Origin: Treponemataceae bacterium
Lineage (GTDB): Bacteria; Spirochaetota; Spirochaetia; Treponematales; Rectinemataceae
Reading direction: 5' to 3'
Assembly (NCBI GenBank): GCA_963667725.2
Contig: CAXXHO010000003.1
Coordinates: 1,184,001-1,248,000 of the forward strand
Length of the DNA stretch: 64,000 bases
The notes beneath the pieces are model-generated. The model saw only the letters and a list, made by a program, of their open reading frames with translations. It searched no databases and was not told the origin of the DNA. Each line of letters starts with the position of its first letter. Within the stretch, counting starts at the first letter, position 1. Both the position numbers and the translations under genes were made by a program. Below are positions 52,053 through 60,136 of the stretch, one piece after another.

Positions 52053-53270
52053 ATGACAGGATTCAGAAGCCTTCCGCGGAACGCGCGCTCATGCATCGCC
52101 ATCGAACCGCTCTGGGCTTTTTTCGGTCCCATGGTCGCCTACTACATGCCCCTCTACCAGAGGCAGCTGGGCCTGAGCGAAGTGCAGATGGGACTCGTCA
52201 ATTCGGCCAACATCGCCGCTGGCCTCCTCTTCTATACGCTCGCCGCTCCGATAACCAACAAGTTCGGCAGAAGAAACACGAGCATGTGGCTCGATTTCAT
52301 CGCCTGGTCCCTGTCGATGGTCCTATGGGCGATCTCGCGCAGTTTCCTGTGGTTTCTCGTGGCCGCGGTCACGAACGCCACCGTGAGGATCGTCTATGTC
52401 TCTTGGAACCTTCTCATATCCGAAGACGCCGACGACGGCCAGCGGGCGACCATATTCAGCTACATCAATCTCATCGGAACCTTCGGCGGCTTCACCACCT
52501 TCGCGGGGGGAATGATCATAGCAAGCGCCGGCATCGTTCCGGCCATGCGCGGCATCTTCTGGGTCGGCGCCGCCATCCTGACGCTGATGTTCATCCTACG
52601 CTATTTCGGCACCAGCGAAACGAAGACCGGCGTGTACCTTAAAACCAAGACCAAAGGCCAGAGCCTCCTAAGGCTCGTCTGGCAGCAGGTTCCTAGCGCC
52701 CGCCTGGCGCTGCGGGATCCCTTTTTCATAAGGATGACGGGCATTTATTTCATAGGCAACGCGGTGCTCTCCATCGATTTCTTCCGCATCCTCTACATGA
52801 AGGACGTGAAGGGACTCTCCTCCTTCGTGGTATCGGCCGTCCCCGCCCTGAGCGCCGTCGTCAGCCTCGTGATCTTCTTCTTCATCCTACCGCGCCAGAA
52901 GGCCCTGAAGAATCGGGAACACCTGGCCAACGCCTTCCTCGCCTGCCTCGCCGCCCAGGTTCTCTTCATATTGATGCCCAAGGGATCGCCTCTTTCGGCG
53001 ATTTTAATATTTCCTTCCCTCCAGGCTTCCTATGCCCTTCTCCAGACCTTCCGAGACACGGTGTTCATGAACAGCACCGCCGCGGACCAGAAAAGCGACC
53101 GATTCAGCCTCATCCAGGCGCTGATGATGTTCTTCAGCATTCCCGTGGGCTGGCTGGCCGGCCTCCTCTACTCCACGGCGCCTCAGCTGCCCTTCATCCT
53201 GGCGAGCATTCTGTACGCGGCCGGATTCCTCCTCGCGAGGAGCCTCCATCGTTATGAACAGCAGCGCTGA
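52053..53270 (+). CDS. MFS transporter
   Basis: About 12 TM helices and motif-A-like PITNKFGRR. Confidence 0.85.
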   Translation: MTGFRSLPRNARSCIAIEPLWAFFGPMVAYYMPLYQRQLGLSEVQMGLVNSANIAAGLLFYTLAAPITNKFGRRNTSMWLDFIAWSLSMVLWAISRSFLWFLVAAVTNATVRIVYVSWNLLISEDADDGQRATIFSYINLIGTFGGFTTFAGGMIIASAGIVPAMRGIFWVGAAILTLMFILRYFGTSETKTGVYLKTKTKGQSLLRLVWQQVPSARLALRDPFFIRMTGIYFIGNAVLSIDFFRILYMKDVKGLSSFVVSAVPALSAVVSLVIFFFILPRQKALKNREHLANAFLACLAAQVLFILMPKGSPLSAILIFPSLQASYALLQTFRDTVFMNSTAADQKSDRFSLIQALMMFFSIPVGWLAGLLYSTAPQLPFILASILYAAGFLLARSLHRYEQQR

Positions 53271-54723
53271 AAGGAACCTGGCCAGCCTGACGGGAGCGGT
53301 CCTGCCAGGGGAAGCGCGCGCCGGCGCGGCCTCGATAGAACAGGCGCGCATGAGCTTCCAGCCCGAGGCATATCCCAAGAAACCAGCTGACTATGTCCTT
53401 GTCTGGATGCAGAAAGCTCAGCGATCGAGGGAAAATCCAGCCCTGGACCTCGGATTCCACCTCGCCAATACGCTGGGCCTTCCCCTCCTCGTCCTTTTCG
53501 TTCTGGTCGATTACCCGGAAGCTACGCCGGTCCATTACCGCTTCATGCTGGAAGGACTGCGCGAGTGCGCGCTCGACTTGAGGCGGAGAGGCGCTCTTTT
53601 CTGCATAGACTCAGGCGTCATGACCTCCAAAGTAGCCGAATACGCCCGCGGGGCCGCCCTTCTCGTGGCGGACGAGGGCAAACTGGCCTTGGAGCGCGCC
53701 TGGAGAAAGGAAATAGCGGCGACGCCAGGGATGCCGCCCATGATCACTGTCGAAACGGAGTCCGTCATTCCGCCTTTCGCGGCGAGCGACCACCTGGAGT
53801 GGTCAGCCGCCACTCTGCGGAGGAAAATTTCGGCCAAGCTGCCCTTCTTCCTGAAATCCGCCGAATTGGGAGAAGGCTTTCCCGTACCCGAATGCCGCGT
53901 ATCGGCCAGAGCCTCGGATTTTCCGTCACGCGACGAACTGTTCGCGAGCCATCGGGAAGCGGCGGGAGATCCCCTTCTCGCCCTGCAGAAGCTTCGGTTC
54001 GCTCCGGGCCGGCTAGCCGGCATGGCCCGTTTCGGCGAGTTTCTCTCTTCAGGAGCTCTCGAACGCTATGCCGAGGAGCGGAACGACCCCTGCAGAACGG
54101 GCCAGAGCGATATGAGCCCCTATCTGCATTTTGGCCAGGTGTCCCCCGTAACGTTGGCGGGAGCCGCTCTCGGGCATTCGGGGAGCGCCGCGCAAGTCTA
54201 TGTCGAGCAGCTCGTCGTGAGGCGCGAGCTCGCGCTCAACTTTGTTCTCTTCAACCCCGGCTACAACCGCTACGAAACGGCCGCGCCCGAATGGGCCAGG
54301 AAAAGCCTATCCGAGCGAGACGACAGAAGAACACTCTACAGCAAGGCAGAACTGGAAGCCGGCCTCACCGCCGACCGGTACTGGAACGCGGCCCAGAAGG
54401 AAATGCTGCTTACAGGGAAAATGCACAACTACTTGAGGATGTACTGGGGCAAGCAGCTGCTTTCCTGGTTCGCCGATCCGGCCGAAGCCTTCGATACCGC
54501 GATACGCCTCAACGACCGATACTCTCTCGACGGAAGGGATCCCAACGGGTACGCCGGAATTGCATGGTGCTTCGGAAGACACGACCGGCCATGGCCGCAG
54601 CGACCTCTTTTCGGCAGCGTACGCTCCATGATGGCTTCTGGATTACGCAAAAAATTCGACGCGGAACGCTATGCGAGCGAAGTGGAAGACTTATATACTA
54701 CAAGGAGAAAGGAGATATCATGA
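53254..54723 (+). CDS. phrB: Class II CPD photolyase
   Basis: YVLVWMQKAQR, SPYLHFGQ, EQLVVRREL, GKMHNYLRMYWGK, LDGRDPNGYAG. Confidence 0.92.
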   Translation: MNSSAERNLASLTGAVLPGEARAGAASIEQARMSFQPEAYPKKPADYVLVWMQKAQRSRENPALDLGFHLANTLGLPLLVLFVLVDYPEATPVHYRFMLEGLRECALDLRRRGALFCIDSGVMTSKVAEYARGAALLVADEGKLALERAWRKEIAATPGMPPMITVETESVIPPFAASDHLEWSAATLRRKISAKLPFFLKSAELGEGFPVPECRVSARASDFPSRDELFASHREAAGDPLLALQKLRFAPGRLAGMARFGEFLSSGALERYAEERNDPCRTGQSDMSPYLHFGQVSPVTLAGAALGHSGSAAQVYVEQLVVRRELALNFVLFNPGYNRYETAAPEWARKSLSERDDRRTLYSKAELEAGLTADRYWNAAQKEMLLTGKMHNYLRMYWGKQLLSWFADPAEAFDTAIRLNDRYSLDGRDPNGYAGIAWCFGRHDRPWPQRPLFGSVRSMMASGLRKKFDAERYASEVEDLYTTRRKEIS

Positions 54724-55031
54724 ACCTCAACGAACTTGCGTACATTCAGATAGAAGGAACGCAGCGCAATCACGATATCGTCGTCTACGCGCTCTCCACC
54801 TGCGGCTTCTGCAAAAGAGCCCTGGCCTACCTTGAAGAGAAAGACATCGCCTATAAGTATATCTATGTCGACCAACTGCCCATCGAAAAGAAGAACGAAA
54901 TCAAAGCCATTCTCAGGGAACGATTCAAGGAAAACGTGGCCTTCCCCTTCGCCGTCATCGACGATACGGCCCATCTCGTCGGCTTCATCAAGCCCGACTG
55001 GATCAGGACACTTGGGTTGACGGAGGAATGA
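54720..55031 (+). CDS. Glutaredoxin-like protein (CGFC)
   Basis: YALSTCGFCKR, AFP, VGF. RBS AAGGAG; ATGA overlap with the photolyase. Confidence 0.88.
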   Translation: MNLNELAYIQIEGTQRNHDIVVYALSTCGFCKRALAYLEEKDIAYKYIYVDQLPIEKKNEIKAILRERFKENVAFPFAVIDDTAHLVGFIKPDWIRTLGLTEE

Positions 55032-55360
55032 TGAACCAGAAAACGCAGGAGCAGACGAGGCTTTTCTCGAGAATGGTCGCCCAAAAACAGGGATGGGAAC
55101 TAAATCCCGACGAATCGTTCTACGAAAGTCTCATCGAAGGACTGACCACCAATTTCAACCGCTACGGCTATTATCTATGCCCATGCAGGGATTCGGAAGG
55201 TTCCAGGGAAGCCGACAGCAAGGCGATCTGCCCTTGCGTCTGGTCCAAACTCGACGTGCCTGAGTTCGGCAACTGCTACTGCGCACTCTACCTTTCCAAG
55301 GAGCTGCTCGCGTCGGGCAAGGAGCCCGTATCCATCGTCGATCGCCGTTACGAAGAATGA
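55028..55360 (+). CDS. Ferredoxin:thioredoxin reductase catalytic subunit
   Basis: LNPD, CPCR, CPC, CYC motifs. Confidence 0.92.
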   Translation: MMNQKTQEQTRLFSRMVAQKQGWELNPDESFYESLIEGLTTNFNRYGYYLCPCRDSEGSREADSKAICPCVWSKLDVPEFGNCYCALYLSKELLASGKEPVSIVDRRYEE

Positions 55361-55382
55361 TTCGGCAACCGGGACCCATATA

Positions 55383-56603
55383 ATGAATTACCTTGACTGG
55401 GCGGCCACGACGCCGCCGGATTCCGCCATCGCGCTTCAGGCTCTTCATGCCTCATTCGACCATTTCGCCAATCCCTCCAGCCAGCACAGGGCCGGAAAGG
55501 CGGCAAGGGATACCCTGGAAGGTTCGCGCGCGTCGTTTCTGGATTCGCTGGCCTTGGCCTCAGGCGTAAAATCCCTGGGTGGGGATCTCGCTTTCACCGC
55601 GTCGGGCACCGAAGCCGACCAGATTCCCCTCCTCTCTCTCCTCAAGCTCGCGAAAAAAAATGAATCGGGAACGAGGGCGATAAGGACCTCGGCGACCGAA
55701 AAACCGCATCTCGTCATTTCAGCCATCGAACACGCCGCGATAGACGCTCAGGCTGAGACTCTCTCGCGCCTTGGCTTCGCCGTCACCTTCGTGAAACCCG
55801 ACGCGGACGGCATCGTGCGGCCGTCCAAAATCGGCGAAGCCCTACGTTCGACGACGAGGCTCGTGGCCGTCATGGCCGTCAACAACGAGACCGGCGCCAT
55901 ACAGGATATCGACGCCATCGGCCGCTCCGCCGCATCGGCAGCCTCGAGCCTCGGCGTAAGGACTCCGCTTTTCCACGTCGACTGCGTCCAGGCTCTAGGC
56001 AAGGTACCCCTAAGGCTTTCTGGCGGGCTCGTGACGAGCGCGGCCTTTTCCGCCCATAAGATACAGGGGCCCAAGGGCGTCGGCGCCCTGTGGCATTCCA
56101 AAGCCATCGACCCCCTCGCCGTCGGCGGCGGCCAGGAATCCGGCATCCGCTCGGGCACCGAGAACCTGTTCGGGATACACGCTTTCGCGCTCTGCGCCGC
56201 CAAGGCCGCCGCCTCGCTGGACGAAAGGCTTCTCCGCGCCCGTGCCCTGGAGCGACTCCTCCTGGACGGCATCGGCGCCATTCCCGGCGCCTGCGCGGTG
56301 CCGCCAAGCCGCGTGGCCGATGACCCGCGCTGGAGCCCATGGATTGTTTCCGCCGCATTCCCCGGCCTGGGCGGCGAAGTGCTCGCCCGCGCCCTCTCCG
56401 ACGTCGACATCGCCGTGTCCACCGGCTCGGCCTGCTCCCAGGCCCACAAGACCAAGGGCAGAAGAGTCCTCGACGCCATGGGGCTGCCCGAGGAACTCTC
56501 CTTTTCCTCCATCCGCCTCTCCTTCGGACCCGATACCGCCGACGCCGACGTCGAAGCCTTCCTCTCGACCGCCGCAGACTTGTATCGCAGACTTAAAACC
56601 TGA
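55383..56603 (+). CDS. Cysteine desulfurase (NifZ/IscS-like), partner of ThiI
   Basis: YLDWAATT, NPSS, SAHKIQGPKG (PLP lysine), STGSACS. Confidence 0.9.
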   Translation: MNYLDWAATTPPDSAIALQALHASFDHFANPSSQHRAGKAARDTLEGSRASFLDSLALASGVKSLGGDLAFTASGTEADQIPLLSLLKLAKKNESGTRAIRTSATEKPHLVISAIEHAAIDAQAETLSRLGFAVTFVKPDADGIVRPSKIGEALRSTTRLVAVMAVNNETGAIQDIDAIGRSAASAASSLGVRTPLFHVDCVQALGKVPLRLSGGLVTSAAFSAHKIQGPKGVGALWHSKAIDPLAVGGGQESGIRSGTENLFGIHAFALCAAKAAASLDERLLRARALERLLLDGIGAIPGACAVPPSRVADDPRWSPWIVSAAFPGLGGEVLARALSDVDIAVSTGSACSQAHKTKGRRVLDAMGLPEELSFSSIRLSFGPDTADADVEAFLSTAADLYRRLKT

Positions 56604-56617
56604 TACAACACAGCATC

Positions 56618-57811
56618 ATGGAAACGCTATTCCTCATAAAACCGGGCGAAATACTCCTAAAAAAAGAAAATCAGAAAGAATTCACGCGACGTCTCATCCA
56701 GCAGCTGCACAAGCGCATGGGCGACGTAGGCTGCAAAATCGAAGAATTTCCGGGCCGCTTTTTCCTGTCCGTCGACGAACGCTACGCCGAGCGCGCGGAA
56801 TTCGTCCTGAGCCGCTGCCCCGGCCTCAACGGCTACTCGAAGGCCTACGTGTGCCCCAAGACCGTGGAATCGATCCTGGAGGCTTCTGGACTCGTTGCCG
56901 CCAAGGCTTTGGCGGCCGGCAAGAAAGTTTTCAAGGTCGAAACCCGCCGATCCGACAAAAGCTTCCCGCTGGGATCCTACGCGATGTCAGCCAAGGCCGG
57001 CGAAGCGATTCTCGATACATTCCCCGCCCTCTCCGTCGACGTCCACGAACCTGATTTCGTGGTCAACATAGAAATCAGGGAAAGGGCCTACGTCTACGGC
57101 CACACCGAGCCGGGACCGCGCGGCCTGCCCTCGGGCACGAGCGGCAAGGGACTTCTCCTCCTCTCCGGAGGAATCGATTCGCCCGTTGCAGGCTACATGA
57201 TGGCCAAGCGCGGCGCTCCCCTCGAATGCGTCTACTTTCACGCCTATCCTTACACCTCGGTCGAGGCGCAGCGAAAGGTGGAACACCTCGCCCTGCGGAT
57301 AGCGGCCTGGTGCGGTTCGATCCGTCTATGGGTAGTCCCCTTCACCGACGTGCAGATCCAGATAAAAAAACTCGCCAATGAAGACGCGACGACGATAATG
57401 CTGAGATCAGCCATGATGGAGGCCGCCGACAGCATCGCCTTCAAGATAGGCGCGGACGCCCTCATCACGGGGGAAAGCCTGGGCCAGGTAGCGAGCCAAA
57501 CGGTGGAAAACATGGCCATAACCGAGGCGCCCGCCAACCATCCCGTCTTTCGCCCCCTCATCGGGACCGACAAGGAAGACACCGTCAACATGGCCAAGAA
57601 GATCGGCACCTTCGATATTTCCATCCTGCCCTACGAGGACTGCTGCGTGCTCTTCTCGCCCAAACATCCGCTCCTGAAGCCCTCTTTCAAGGATTTGACG
57701 GCGGTCTACAGGGAATTAGGACTAAGTCCCCTCATCGAGGAAAGCGTCAGGAAAGCCGAACGATTCGTCTACAAATACCGGGATGTGCTGGAGGATTTCG
57801 GCGTCTCGTGA
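56618..57811 (+). CDS. thiI: tRNA 4-thiouridine(8) synthase, short form without rhodanese domain
   Basis: THUMP region, PP-loop LLSGGIDS, GESLGQVASQT, PYEDCC. Confidence 0.94.
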   Translation: METLFLIKPGEILLKKENQKEFTRRLIQQLHKRMGDVGCKIEEFPGRFFLSVDERYAERAEFVLSRCPGLNGYSKAYVCPKTVESILEASGLVAAKALAAGKKVFKVETRRSDKSFPLGSYAMSAKAGEAILDTFPALSVDVHEPDFVVNIEIRERAYVYGHTEPGPRGLPSGTSGKGLLLLSGGIDSPVAGYMMAKRGAPLECVYFHAYPYTSVEAQRKVEHLALRIAAWCGSIRLWVVPFTDVQIQIKKLANEDATTIMLRSAMMEAADSIAFKIGADALITGESLGQVASQTVENMAITEAPANHPVFRPLIGTDKEDTVNMAKKIGTFDISILPYEDCCVLFSPKHPLLKPSFKDLTAVYRELGLSPLIEESVRKAERFVYKYRDVLEDFGVS

Positions 57812-57857
57812 AGGAATTTTCGACGCGTAAAAACGGATTTATGGGTGCGCAGCGCGC

Positions 57858-57901
57858 AAAAGACCCGCATGCCGGCTCCAAGCGCGGCATGCGGGTCTTT
57901 C
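57858..57901. terminator. Bidirectional terminator between thiI and csbD
   Basis: AAAGACCCGCATGCCG...CGGCATGCGGGTCTTT. Confidence 0.8.
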
Positions 57902-57913
57902 TCAATTGAGCGG

Positions 57914-58114
57914 TTATTGCTTGGCTTTGTCTTTAAGCTGATCGATCGTCTTCTGGGCGGTTTCCTTGATCTTCTGGACGGTCTCCTCAACCACCTCTTT
58001 CGCCTTCCCCGCTACCTGCTCCGCTTTTCCTTCGTTGCGAAGTTCCTTATTGTCGACAAGCACGCCCGCGGCTTCCTTAATGCGGCCCTTCACTACTTCC
58101 AGTTTTCCATTCAT
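57914..58114 (-). CDS. CsbD family stress protein
   Basis: KGRIKEAAG...EGKAEQVAGKAK; RBS AGGAG. Confidence 0.88.
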   Translation of the reverse strand: MNGKLEVVKGRIKEAAGVLVDNKELRNEGKAEQVAGKAKEVVEETVQKIKETAQKTIDQLKDKAKQ

Positions 58115-58175
58115 GTCGATGACTCCTATCCCTTGATTTTAAAACGTATGAACCGATCCAAAAACGCCGATCATT

Positions 58176-58520
58176 TCAATCCAGAGGCATGGCAGTCTGC
58201 GGCTTTACGCCGGCCATCGCCGCCCCATCTACTTTTTCTTTCTCAGCCTCACGGATGTCGAGCTGTTTCCCTCTTTCTCTTATGCTCCGAACCTTGTCGG
58301 CTAGCAGCCGTTTAGCCTTGCTGTGACGATAGCTTCCAAAGTAGATGAAGAGGGAATAGACGATGCCAAAGGCGAAGCTCAGGGCGCTTACCGCGACGAT
58401 GGAGACGTTTTCCATCCGACGAATCCCCAGAAGATCGACCGAGGTTGTGAATCCGAGATTCAACGAAACAAGGGCCGCCAGAAGAACTAGCAGGACAACG
58501 CTGACAATTATGCGAACCAT
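58176..58520 (-). CDS. Small two-TM membrane protein (LapA-domain-like)
   Basis: Two TM helices separated by an N...V-D-L loop, then a basic coiled tail. Start ATG 58520. Confidence 0.55.
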   Translation of the reverse strand: MVRIIVSVVLLVLLAALVSLNLGFTTSVDLLGIRRMENVSIVAVSALSFAFGIVYSLFIYFGSYRHSKAKRLLADKVRSIRERGKQLDIREAEKEKVDGAAMAGVKPQTAMPLD

Positions 58521-58661
58521 TTTTCTTTCCTTGGAGGCTTTCCGGAGCAGCATGTTTCGCGCAAAATCGTTGCGCGCGGTCGCGATGATGCACGCGCTGG
58601 CGTCAAAGCCTCATGATTCTTTCGTCTCGATATAAATATAAGAAGAAGTAGCGGCTTTATC

Positions 58662-58677
58662 TGTTCGGTGGCGCACA
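58662..58677 (-). promoter_or_regulatory. Putative Crp-family activator site 1
   Basis: Minus strand TGTGCG-CCAC-CGAACA, 21 bp upstream of TATATT. Confidence 0.6.
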
Positions 58678-58770
58678 TACCTCAGAGTCTGCCGCGACTA
58701 TTGACAATTCATATAGTTGGTGAAACGCTATTAGCAATAATGAAATAACAGAGACTGAAAGGAGGTGTTC

Positions 58771-59508
58771 ATGACCATTTTCTCGAGCCCGCCATATCCT
58801 CCAAATCCACGGCAAAACCACCTGCTCGCGGCTCTGCCCGAATATGAATACGCCCGGCTACTTCCCCATCTGGAGCGAGTTTCTCTTCCGCTCGGCAAGA
58901 CATTGAGCGAATCGGGCAATTCCGATGTCGATGTCTATTTCCCCACGACATCCATCGTTTCCCTGCTACACGTGCTGTCGAATGGTTCTTCAGCCGAAAT
59001 AGCCGTCGTTGGCAATGAAGGCATCGTGGGTATCGCTCTTTTCATGGGCGGAGCGTCCATGCCGAGCAGGGCCTTGGTGCAGAGCGAAGGACACGCTTAT
59101 CGAATGCGCGGAGATCTGCTCAATTTCGAGTTCAATCATAATCCCGCGCTGCAGCATCTTCTTATGAGATATATCATGGCGCTCTTGAGCCAGATGGCTC
59201 AAACGGCGGTATGCAACAGGCACCACTCCATCGACCAGCAACTCTGCCGATGGCTCCTCCTCAGCATGGACCGCTTATCCGGAAACGTGCTCAACATGAC
59301 ACAGGAACTTATCGCCGACATGCTGGGGGTGCGCAGGAAAGGCGTGACAGAAGCCGCCGGAAAACTGCAGGATGCCGGGCTCATTTCCTACAGTCGCGGT
59401 TGTCTTACCGTATTGGATCGTCCCAGTCTTGAAAGGCGCGTTTGCGAATGTTACGAAGTCGTCAAGAAAGAATTTGCCCGGCTGCTCCCTGACGTAATTG
59501 CCGTATGA
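58771..59508 (+). CDS. Crp/Fnr family transcriptional regulator
   Basis: NHLLAALP, VYFP, VGNEG, QTAVCNRHH, CRWLL, HTH TQELIADMLGVRR. RBS GGAGG. Confidence 0.93.
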   Translation: MTIFSSPPYPPNPRQNHLLAALPEYEYARLLPHLERVSLPLGKTLSESGNSDVDVYFPTTSIVSLLHVLSNGSSAEIAVVGNEGIVGIALFMGGASMPSRALVQSEGHAYRMRGDLLNFEFNHNPALQHLLMRYIMALLSQMAQTAVCNRHHSIDQQLCRWLLLSMDRLSGNVLNMTQELIADMLGVRRKGVTEAAGKLQDAGLISYSRGCLTVLDRPSLERRVCECYEVVKKEFARLLPDVIAV

Positions 59509-59664
59509 CTATCCTCTGTCCGGAGACCTGGAACCGTCCTGATCCATGGCTCTTGGCGTCGTTCCTTTATTAATGGCCTTGGAGAAGATCCAGAACCACA
59601 GGCTCATGGCAGAGGCGAACGCCGCGATGCCGATGTTCGTAATCAAGGCATATTGGTTTTCCAT
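59509..59664 (-). CDS. Putative 51-aa single-TM peptide
   Basis: Below the ORF-track cutoff. Reads MENQYALITNIGIAAFASAMSLWFWIFSK...; RBS AGGA; abuts the Crp stop codon. Confidence 0.4.
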   Translation of the reverse strand: MENQYALITNIGIAAFASAMSLWFWIFSKAINKGTTPRAMDQDGSRSPDRG

Positions 59665-59675
59665 ATGCAGGTTTC

Positions 59676-59837
59676 CTAGACGATAATGCCGATACCCAGA
59701 ATCGGCTTGTAGACATGAACCAGTTTGGTCGTCAAAAGATATTCGTAGGGTCTTTTCAAGCTGGATATCTGGCTGAAAGAAAATGATTTTCTTTTCTTCG
59801 TCGCTTCCATCTCGTGTCGTTCCTTATTTTCATGCAT
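59676..59837 (-). CDS. Putative 53-aa small protein
   Basis: MHENKERHEMEATKK...VYKPILGIGIIV; RBS AAGGAG; lies just downstream of Crp-type promoter 2. Confidence 0.4.
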   Translation of the reverse strand: MHENKERHEMEATKKRKSFSFSQISSLKRPYEYLLTTKLVHVYKPILGIGIIV

Positions 59838-59894
59838 ACCATGCTCCTTTTGCGAGTCTTTAAAATAAGGATACTCCGGGGTTTTACGATGATC

Positions 59895-59910
59895 TGTGCG
59901 GCAACGCACA
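59895..59910 (-). promoter_or_regulatory. Putative Crp-family activator site 2
   Basis: Perfect palindrome TGTGCG-N4-CGCACA, 21 bp upstream of TATCCT on the minus strand. Confidence 0.62.
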
Positions 59911-59982
59911 TAAGCATCAAAAGGCAAGGCAAAAAAAACGACCGGCTTGCCGTTGCTCCGCAACTGCATTGCCGATCGCCAC

Positions 59983-60054
59983 TATCCCCAAGGGGAATCG
60001 AACCCCTGTTGGCGGGATGAAAACCCGCTGTCCTGACCGCTAGACGATGGGGAC
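59983..60054 (-). tRNA. tRNA-Glu (TTC)
   Basis: Starts GTCCCCATCGTCTAGCGG; anticodon arm GCGGG-TTTTCAT-CCCGC; GGTTCGA T-loop. Confidence 0.95.
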
Positions 60055-60136
60055 CAATACCGCGAAAACTCGCGTCTCCGCGTCCGGGGTGCAAGCTACC
60101 AAGAAACGCCTCCCCTTGTCAATATCCTCGCAGTTC

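Noticed and set aside
53565..55031. 488-aa ORF overlapping the photolyase
   Set aside because: Only the last 103 aa (glutaredoxin from ATG 54720, with RBS) is credible. The rest is an alternative frame.
57843..57860. Third Crp-type site (GGTGCGCAGCGCGCAA)
   Set aside because: Wrong spacing, no -10 box, and it sits beside a terminator between convergent genes.
57812..59982. Integrative element at tRNA-Glu
   Set aside because: No integrase, and I found no duplicate of the tRNA 3' end near thiI. Kept only as an accessory block.
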